From Podarcis muralis (lineage: Eukaryota), in NCBI RefSeq assembly GCF_964188315.1, contig NC_135656.1, positions 42,222,001-42,286,000 on the forward strand: a DNA stretch of 64,000 nt. The letters run 5' to 3'. The stretch's first letter is position 1. Every line of letters starts with the position of its first letter. The notes under the pieces are model-generated. The model worked only from the letters and a program-made list of their open reading frames with translations, was not told the DNA's origin and ran no database searches. Below, in pieces: positions 55,208-64,000 of this stretch. The position numbers and the translations under genes were made by a program.

Positions 55208-56751
55208 GAAGGTCATCTAGTTCAATCCTCTAGTGAATAGACCATTGTGGTAACTGTAAGCTAGATTTAAGATGCCACCTGGTGCCTAGCTTATATATCT
55301 GAATTTCTAACACTGGCAGTAGCCCACTTTTACCTTCTCCCAGAGCTTGATTGGGCACCGTCTTTGTCCGCATGCATATTTCCATTTCAGAATTATATGG
55401 GATAATGTCAAGTTGCTGAATATTTTTATTTTTTTTTTTTGCATGGGGTAACTGGTCAAAATTTAATCTTGTTACGTGAGCAGGGGCCGATTACATTGAA
55501 AAACCTCACCTAAAGATTCAAGGTGAAGCTTGTGATGGTATGTAATGCCTTCTTGGAGAACAGTTGGTACTTGAATTCCTGCAGGATAGGTCCTCGTGGC
55601 ATGAGAGATGGATGGTTCATCCACTAGGCAAAGCTTTTGCCGTTTTGTGGCATACAGTTGCTATTTCCCCCCAGTCTGAGGAGTGCTTGCAATGCGGGTG
55701 AGCAAGTTAATAAATTGTGTGTTTTAGTAGCATATTGTGTATCTGATTAGTGCTTTAATACATACTTCAGTTGCCTTTTGGGCATGGGTCTAAAAAGTAT
55801 GGTTGAATCTTATAGGCAAGTGTTAGTTTCCACCAGCCAGCTGTGAATGAGTCCCACCATGCTAGCATACCAATAGCATTGTTACTACATACACAGCATT
55901 CTATACTTGTTTTAGAACTATAGGGAAATGAAGTGTTAAGATGACAATATTAGCACTATCTTTAGCTGTTTGTGATACCATACCTGTAAGCATAATGTTG
56001 GATTTTCATTGTGTAGGTAGTGATGCAATCTATTCATTTTTGTTGCAAACATTTCCTCCCCTCTTGCTACAGATAATTGCTGCTTAAAGAGCGAGAGTGT
56101 GGGACTATCTGTTTTCAGAAGCTCAAGCCACATGGCCCTATTTGGTGGAAAGTATTGGAGTTAGACTTTTGCATGGCCAGTTTGTCTGAAACTGTGCTAT
56201 GATTTCCTTTGTGGAAATAGCTAACATACAACATAATACATTGAGAGGAAGGGCCAGTTCAGGTGTATCACTGCTTATTACTTACTTAACCATGCAGTCA
56301 AATGGAATAGTCTTTCTGCCCCCTGATTCTGGAGTATTTATTCTCACTCCACTCCCAGGCTTAATCATAGTTACCCGTTACATTGGCAGCCATGCTAATT
56401 ACAGTTAGCGCTAACATAGGATCCCACTTAAGCCATGATCTGAAACAATATTTTGGAACTTGTTAAGTGGTATCTTTGGATGGCCCTAACATTGGTTTAA
56501 CTTGGCATGTGAAATGCATGTCAGAAGGAAGGAAGTACTCAATCCCATGGTTAAACAATTGGGAAAATTTCAAAGTAGTCTCATAACATTAATTTAGCAC
56601 TTGGATTAAAATAAAAAACATCTCATCTGTTTGAATTCTCTTTATAGCTAAAACTAGAATAATAATAATAAATAATAATCATAGCAGCAACAACATAGCT
56701 GTCTGTCATTGGTACCTCTCTCTGTTGGGGGAATTCACTAGTATACAGTAT

Positions 56752-57102
56752 TAAAGGTAAAGGGACCCTTGACCGTTAGGTCCAGTCACAGATGGCTCTG
56801 GGGTTGCGGCGCTCATCTCGCTTTATTGGCCGAGGGAGCCGGCGTACAGCTTCTGGGTCATGTGGCCAGCATGACTAAGCTGCTTCTGGTGAAACCAGAG
56901 CAGCACACGGAAACGCCGTTTACCTTCCCGTCGGAGCAGTACCTATTTATCTACTTGCACTTTGACGTGCTTTCGAACTGCTAGGTGGGCAGGAGCAGGG
57001 ACCGAGCAACGGGAGCTCACCCAGTCACGGGGATTCGAACCGCCGACCTTCTGATCGGCAAGTCCTAGGCTCTGTGGTTTAACTCACAGTGCCACCTGTG
57101 TC
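56752..57102 (-). mobile_element. Near full-length Sauria SINE
   Basis: taaaggtaaagggacc tail; ggattcgaaccgccgaccttctgatcggcaag; cacagtgccacc head. Confidence 0.93.
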
Positions 57103-57740
57103 GATAATAGCAAATGTTCACTAACCATACATTTTGGTTGTATGTAATTTAGCATAACATTCCCCTAGTTAAAACTAGAATACTTGCAGGCCAATTATTT
57201 TTCTTACATATTTGCCTTTAATTGTCTCACTTTGAAAAACATGAAATGTGAAGCTTTCAGTTTCTGTTAACAGGTCATGAACTCTCACTGCTTCTTTAGA
57301 TTCTGCCTGAGGTGATTATTTCTTCTTCCTAACAAGATAGAACATTATTATCTATAACTTCATCTGCAATTTTACATTCACGCCACAAAGAGCATCTCCA
57401 TGCATCTGTGGATTGATCAACTGTTCATTAATGAAGAGTGCACAAAGCTGTCTGCTGCTTTTATTTGGTGGCTAGGTGGAATAGGTCAGTAGGAAACTGA
57501 GTGAAGCAGTTGATGGGTTGCATCCACCCTGTGACTGTTTAGGAGATTTTTTAGATTTTTGCGAAGTTGAAGAACATCAACCAGATGGAGGACTTGAGTG
57601 TAAGTGGTGGAAAATCAAACTAAATTTGACAGAGCACACCACAGAGCATGCATGTATACCAGTGAGGAGGTGGTGATGATGCGGAATCCAGTGTTGCACA
57701 AATAGAATTCCATTAACACAGTGGGGACATAATCTTTCAA

Positions 57741-58481
57741 CATCAACAGAAGTAAAGTGTCCAAATCAAGGGAAGTCATAGTCCCACTGTACAGTTGTAC
57801 CTTGGAAGTCGAATGGAATCCGTTCTGGAAATCAAAGCACAGCTTCTGATTGGCTGCAGGAAGCTCCTGTAGCCAATCGGAAGCTGCAGAAGCCCTGTCG
57901 GATGTGCAGCTTCCAAAAATAGTTCGCAAACAGGAACAGTCACGTCCGGGTTTGCGGCATTTGGGAGCCAAAATGTTCGAGAACTACGCTGTTTGAAAAC
58001 CAAGGTGTGACTGTATTAAGCCTTGGTTAGACCACACCTGGAGTACTGTGTCCAGTTCTGGGCGCCACAATTTAAGGAGGATATTGATTAGCTGAAATGT
58101 GTGCAGAGGAAGGCAACCAAGATGATCAAGGGTCTGGAAACAAAGCTTTATGAGGAATGGTTGATGGTGTTGGGTATGTTTAGCCTGGATAAGAGGAGAC
58201 TGAGAGGAGATATGGCCATCAAATATCTGTCACATGGAAGATGGAGCAAGCAAGAAAGCAGATTCGAACTCAACACCAGAAGGAGCTTTCTGACAGTAAG
58301 AGCTGTTTGGCAGTGGAATGGACTACCTTGGAAGGTGGTGGACTCTCCTTCATGCGAGGTTTTTAAGCGGAGATTGGATGGCCATCTGTCATGGATGCTT
58401 TAGTTGAGATTCCTGCATTGCAGAGGGTTGAACTAGAGGACCCTCTGGATCCCTTCAAACTCTACAATTCTATGATTCTGT
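57741..58481 (+). mobile_element. 5'-truncated CR1 LINE (ORF2 end, 3' UTR, attctatg tail) interrupted by a MITE
   Basis: SREVIVPLY|...ALVRPHLEYCVQFWAPQFK; ORF 58101-58403 QRKATKMIKGLE...LGMFSLDKRRLRGDM; ends caattctatgattctg. Confidence 0.9.
57792..58013. mobile_element. Tigger/pogo-like MITE nested in CR1
   Basis: TA|CAGTTGTACCTTGG ... CCAAGGTGTGACTG|TA. Confidence 0.82.
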
Positions 58482-59067
58482 CATTCATTCTTTCCTTGCT
58501 CCTGCCTCTCCCCCAGATCTGTTCCTGGGTAGATTTTGAGGGTGCAAGACAGTTGCGGGGCTGGGAAGAAGAAAGGTGAAGTCCGGTTGTAGGAGTGGAA
58601 ATCTATTCAGCTTATGTGCGAAGTTGAAAGCAATCTGTGATGGATATCAGCTGAGTTTGTTCTAATGGATCTGTTATAAGTGGTGAATGACCCTATTACA
58701 ATCTTGGCTTGTCCACCCAGACAGAAAATCTGGCTGCTTGACCTTTTTAGGCCCATTCAGCTGGCCATTTGTTGCTCATGAGCTATGTGGAGTTGGTATC
58801 CAGGCAGTTTGTCAGCTTTGTGGCGAGGCCTTGGCGGGGAAAAACCTGTCTGAGGAGAGAAGGAGCAATGAGGACTTCTCTGTTTGCTCAGCATATGAGC
58901 GTTTCTGTATGTTATGGGGTTGCTCAAGTATGTGGGGTGTGTGTTAGAGTAAGATATGTATTGTGTGTGTGAATATGCAAGAATTCATGTGGCGGGGGAG
59001 CAACAGGGCATGTATTGCTCATTCTGTGTTATTCCACACTCCGTGTTAGAAACCACAGGAGGCGTGA

Positions 59068-59340
59068 GTGTTCTGACAGGAAGAGCTGCTTGGCAGTGGA
59101 ACAGACTCCCACAAGAGGTGGTGGACTCTCCTTCCTTGGAGGTTTTTAAGCAGAGGTTGGATGGCCATCTGTCATGGATGCTTTAGCTGAGATTCCTGCA
59201 TTCCATCTCAAGATTCTATGATTCTTGTGCTCCAATTGTCATTGCGGGTTTCCCACAGGCCTTTTGTTTGGCCACAGGAAGCTGGACTAGATGGGTAGTT
59301 GACCTGATTCAGCAGGCTCTTCTTATGTTCTAATGTTCAA
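59068..59340 (+). mobile_element. Two short CR1 3'-end fragments (59068-59225 and about 59240-59340)
   Basis: cagtggaacagactcccacaagaggtggtggactctcc...gattctatgattc; ctggactagatggg...ggctcttcttatgttct. Confidence 0.8.
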
Positions 59341-59728
59341 GTAAGGCTACTGTGTTCATTATTTGGGGTGGTAGATGCATATAACTGGCCCCTGTTATTA
59401 ATGAATAAAAATGAATGGGTGAATCAAGTAAGGATTCTTCTCATTGTGTGATGGAACTTCCACCCCCCCCCAATTGTTTCCAGATATGCTCTTGAGGGTT
59501 GGAAAACCTCCAGAGCACTGAGAGCACATTTTGAGGGTGCAGGCTCATGGGAGGGAAAGTTCCTCATGGGAGCAGAAGTTGTTCTGTTTGCACAATAGCT
59601 TAGTAGGTTACCACCCTAGATTTTTTTCCCTTAGAACTCTTGGTTTGGGGCATTTTCAGGTTTATGCATATTGGTTGATTAAAAATGTGAATATTTATAG
59701 ATTAAAATTTCTTTGAGTTGATTTCATA

Positions 59729-59830
59729 CTGTATTTACCCGAGTCTAATGTGCTATCGAATTTAATGCGCACCTTAATTTTTGGAACGTAATTTGGCCAA
59801 AAAAGTGAGCATTAGATTTGAGTAAATACT
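59729..59830. mobile_element. ~100-bp Tc2/pogo-like MITE
   Basis: ta|ctgtatttacccgagtctaatg ... cattagatttgagtaaatacta; termini resemble the 33297 element. Confidence 0.55.
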
Positions 59831-61886
59831 ACCCAATTTGTAACCTAATTCTTGCTTCCAGTAAGCTCATATGTCATTAATATCCACAGGTGAGTTTTGC
59901 ATTGGGGTAAATGTTGATGATATGTTCCTGTAAAATGGGGGGACAGCCTGGGGTTTTGAGTCAAGTCATATTTTAATAAATAGTGTGTATTCTTTCTCAC
60001 ACAATCATAGTGGAGGAATCTCTGAAGGGCATAACAGAATTCTGCTTTACAACCTTCCTTTTTAATGTGTACAAGCAGGAGTCTTTGTGTGCCACTCTTA
60101 GGGAATTCAAGTAGAGGAGTGAAGGAGTGGACAGGAGATAGGAGGCACACACAGAGACATCTCATTGACTGTAATGCTTAGCACCTCTCTTCCATTGTGC
60201 ATGGAAGTGTGGGCGGCAGAAAGCTCTGTTATACCATGTGGATATTTCACCCATGCAGGGATGGAGCTTGCCCTCTGTTTCTGAAAGTCCATACAGGCCT
60301 TTAAAAAAACCCTTAGTATTCCCTATCTTTTGTAAAACAGTACAGCTTTGGGTTTCTTAGTTGTCCCCTTAATGTGCAGAATTGTACTGAAACGATTGAC
60401 ATTGAAGAGATGATGAAATGTGCAGCAATAGTACTGGCAAGGAAAACAAGTAGAACAACATTCATTCTGCCAGTAAGCTTGGACTGATAAGCAGTGCAAA
60501 TATTAATTTGCAAGAAATCGAATTTGTCTACTACATCTTTAAAATTCCACTAACTTCTTTTGAGTAATATGACCTATTAATTGGCAAGCTGTTGAAAACT
60601 TGAAACATTGGATGCCACAAAATTACTTTTAAAATATGCAACTTCTAGGGTGAGATACAAATCTTGGAAATAAGTGTCTTTCAAATAGAGCAACACAATT
60701 CAGTAATCCTGCACTTCTTTATCTTCTCTCTGGAATCACTGTAAGACTGACTTGGATTTATCTGTGAATTCTTTTAAACTTTTTCTATTGGTAGATATAC
60801 TTGGTGTATTTGAATCTTAAAGATTGTTCCTAAGTGAAAGGCTGAACTATAGTTAACATTTTACAATTTATTTGCATAACAGACGGGAGTTTCAGAGGAA
60901 ATACAGAATGTTTTTCTATGGCTAAAACTTTTAAATACTTGAGGTTTTTCTAATCTGTTTAAATTTAATATCTGTGCATTCCTTTTGAATGGGTTGCATC
61001 TTTTGTGGCACTGAACATTCAGAATTTGAAAGAAAATTGAAAAATACAGGCAACCCCCTGTTTGTGTGGGGGTTGTGTTCTCTGTCATTGCATGCATAAG
61101 CCTGTTCTGCCTCCTTCCAGGGCTGAAAACGGCATGTGTGTTGGTGGTCGTGCATGCCTTGGTCATGAGCAAAATGGTAGTTTGCTGTGTTGTCGTTTAT
61201 GAAACATGTAAAGTAGTAAATCAGACACAGAAGGTCAGTTTACATATGCTGAGCTGTGGCTAGCTGTTAAAGGGATGAGTTCTCTTTCTCAGCACAGCCC
61301 ACTTACTGAATTTCTTCCTGATTTGTAGAAAATCAGTTCATTGTTACAAGGAACTAACAAAACATGGCCTACATTTGCCCTGCAGACCAGGATGCAGGAC
61401 CAGCCCAAACCATGGTGGTTAATGGGGGGGGGGGGCAGTAGACTTTGTTTTCAGACTTGTGAAGTGTTTACATGAGGTGGTGTAGTAATTGGTTCCCTTG
61501 TTTCCCTGAGTGACACTTAGCAGATAAAATCAGTGAGATAACTAACTTCATCAGGATCATTGCCAATAAATGGTTGACTCAAGGAAAGTTTGTAACCGGT
61601 TCAAATGCGTGGAGACACAATTGTGGGTAAAAAATATTTTAAAAGGTGTTGATGAAAGAGTTTACTAGATCATTGTGATATGATGTTTGGTTTCCTCCTT
61701 AAATAGATGTCATTCACTATTGGCAGTTGAATAACTTTTCTCCCAGGGCATGTGGTATACTTCTAAAGGTATCATTCATTGCCATGTTTGACAGCTCTGT
61801 TGAAAGCCGTTAATGGTGCTGTTTAATACAACCATGATCACCCAAATCATGTGTTTTCAAGGCAGAATAGTATTATCACCTAACAG

Positions 61887-62383
61887 ACTCTGGGATAGGT
61901 CAGTCAGTAGAGCATGAGTTTCTTACTCTTAAGAGTCATAGGTTCAAGCCCACATTGGGCAAAAGATTCCTGTATTGCAGGAGGTTGGACTAGATCAGGG
62001 GTCTGCAACCCGCGGCTCCGGAGCCGCATGTGGCTCTTTTACACCTTTGCCGCGGCTCCAGGGCGGATACTAGCGAGGGGAGGAGGCACATTGTGCGCCC
62101 CGACACTCCCCACTGTGGCGGGTGCTGTACTGGCTGTGACGTCGCATGGGGGCGGGGCGGGCGTTAGTCACACACCGTCCCGACGTCGCCTTCCCGCCCG
62201 CTGTCAGATCGCAGCTCCGGAGATATATTTGTTTTAAATGTCGCAATGGTTTTGCGGCTTCCAGTTGTTTTTTCTTCGGAAACGGGTCCAAGTGGCTCTT
62301 TTTGTCTTAAAGGTTGCAGACCCCTGGACTAGATGAATCTCATGTTCACTTCCAGCTCTACAATTCTATGGTTTTATGATTCT
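61887..62383 (+). mobile_element. Squam3 SINE (tRNA-derived head, CR1-derived tail) split by a hAT MITE
   Basis: tcagtagagcat...ggttcaagccc...gggcaaaagattcctgtattgcaggaggttggactagat|insert|...ctctacaattctatg. Confidence 0.85.
61996..62326. mobile_element. 331-bp hAT (Charlie-like) MITE, young
   Basis: Perfect TIR CAGGGGTCTGCAACC/GGTTGCAGACCCCTG; perfect TSD gactagat; CpGs retained. Confidence 0.95.
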
Positions 62384-63313
62384 AGGAACATAAGAAATAC
62401 CCTGCTACATCAGGCCAAAGGTCCATCTTGTACAGCATTCTGTTCTCACCATAGTCAACCAGGTGCCTCTGGGAGGTGGTGGTGTTGTTGTTGTTGTTGT
62501 TGTTGTTGTTAATATTTATTCCCCTCCGATCTGACTGGGTTTCTCCAGCCATTCTGGGTGGCTTCTAGCAAAAGAAAAATAATAATGAAATGTCAAACAT
62601 TAAAAAGTTCCTGATACAGGAACTTCAGATGTCTTCTAAAACTTGTGTAGTTCTTTATCTCCATCTCCTTGACATCTGGTTGGAGGGTGTTCCACAGGGA
62701 GGGCACCACTTCTAAGAAGGCCCTCTGCCTGTTTCCCTGTAGCTTCACTTCTCACAATGGGGGAACTGCCAGAAGACCCTCGGAAGTGGACCTCAGGCTG
62801 AAAGATGGGGGTGGAGACTCTCTGTAAGGTATACTGGCCTGAGGCCCTTTAGGGCTTTAAAGGTTAGGTACCAACAAGCAGGACCTGAGTGCAATAGCAT
62901 TATCTCAATTTGTGATTCCTTCCTAGCAATTGGTATTCAAAGGCACAGTTCATCCAAGAGGGGAAGTAAAACAGAGAGCTGTTCTGGGTGGTTGCTATTG
63001 TTAGTCTTATTCTCCATGACTTTGGCTAATGCTCTTTTAAAGCCACATTGGTGGCCATCAGTAAATCTTGTGGGAGCAACTCCATAGTTCGAATATGTGC
63101 TGTGTGAAGAAGTTCTTCTGTTTATTCAAACATTCAACTTCATAGGATGGCATCAAGTTCTAGTGTTATGAGAGTGGGAGAAAAGGCAGCCAAAAATATC
63201 ACGTGGATGGAGAAACTCCCCTATGAGCAAAGGTTATAACATCTGGGGCTTTTTAGTTTAGAGAAAAGATGAGTAAGAAGTGTATAAAATCATGCACAGT
63301 GTGGAGAAGGTGA
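62384..63313 (-). mobile_element. CR1 LINE 3' part with inverted 5' segment (63185-63313), interrupted by L2
   Basis: Minus-strand CR1 3' UTR and ORF2 end at 62384-62475 and 62875-63184; plus-strand CR1 ORF2 piece at 63185-63313. Confidence 0.82.
62476..62874 (-). mobile_element. L2-clade LINE 3' end with (AAC)n tail
   Basis: (ttg)n then atctgactgggtttctccagccattctggg...cttcagatgtcttct...agggctttaaagg; reverse complement of the 54549 family. Confidence 0.85.
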
Positions 63314-64000
63314 ATTGACTACAGCTTCAACATAAATGTTCAGGCCTCCCTTTCTGCTGTTTAGTAGGAACGTGGGAGAAAAAAGACTAATGATTTCCTC
63401 TTTGCTATATTTTCTCCAGCTCTGATCTGTTTGGTATTGGAGGAGTAAATCCGTTTTTTAAGCCTTTACCCTTGGTAGTTGTGTTTAATGTGTCAAATGG
63501 TGGTAACTGGCAGGTGAACCGTAACTTCTAAGTCAACACAAATAACCACAATGGTCAACATAGGATTGTCCTGCACAGAGGTTACATCCATCTACAGCTG
63601 CCTGCCAAAACAGCTCTAACTCTTAATGCTGGGGGCAAAAATTGAGATATTGTAAATGTGTTCATACCCTGCTTACAAGCTTTACTAAAGGCATTTCACT
63701 GACCATTGATGGAACCAGAACACTTTTGGGCTGCCATAGTAAGGCAGTTCTCACCTTCATAACATCCCTTTTCAAGATAGTGAAACTACATGGCTGGATT
63801 TGAATTTAAAGATGCCTCACAATTTCATAAGTTGAACTTGAAATGTTAAACTGTATTTTTGTTTCTTGATTTCTTTTTATTTTATACTAATCTAATATTT
63901 TATTCTTTGTGCAGATTTACACTTCGTAGTTAAGTGTAAAAAATGGAGATTAGAGAGTGAAAACAGGAGAGAAATCAGGCAAGAATAAACTCTGCCTCAA

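Larger units (their letters stand above)
44850..64000 (+). other. 5' non-coding part and long first intron of a downstream gene, probably BRD4
   Basis: Sense-strand donors in the CpG island. Gene order AKAP8L-AKAP8-BRD4 on one strand is recalled from mammals. No BRD4 coding sequence is visible, so the identity is inference only. Confidence 0.4.

Noticed and set aside
46560-64000. BRD4 coding exon (MSAESG...)
   Set aside because: No matching sequence found, so the gene symbol is withheld.

Overview
Vertebrate genomic DNA from a squamate reptile, most likely a lacertid lizard (inferred from Sauria and Squam3 SINEs, CR1 and L2 LINEs, and hAT and Tigger-like MITEs). Three loci lie head-to-tail on the + strand. 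(1) AKAP8L, coding exons 4-14 (438-14374; exons 1-3 are upstream of the window). (2) A complete 14-exon AKAP8/AKAP95 (ATG 20958, stop 39587, 2124-nt CDS, 707 aa) with a CpG-island/CCAAT promoter. (3) A second CpG island (about 44.75-46.56 kb) with several candidate non-coding first exons, followed by a repeat-rich intron; no coding exon of this gene is in the window, and BRD4 is only an inference from mammalian synteny. About 30 transposable-element insertions can be delimited, several with intact target-site duplications and several nested. No CRISPR, rRNA, tRNA gene or intact transposase/RT was found, and I cannot claim a new multi-gene system. Best leads: an in-frame 36-nt candidate exon created at a transposon end in AKAP8 intron 12; apparent loss of the PKA-anchoring helix in AKAP8; an L1-type insertion supplying a stop and poly(A) signal in AKAP8L intron 8; a CR1 with twin-priming-like 5' inversion; a 67-bp minisatellite carried by a DNA transposon; and MITEs carrying NRF1 and ETS motifs. 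Comparisons to human proteins and repeat consensuses are from memory and need alignment.
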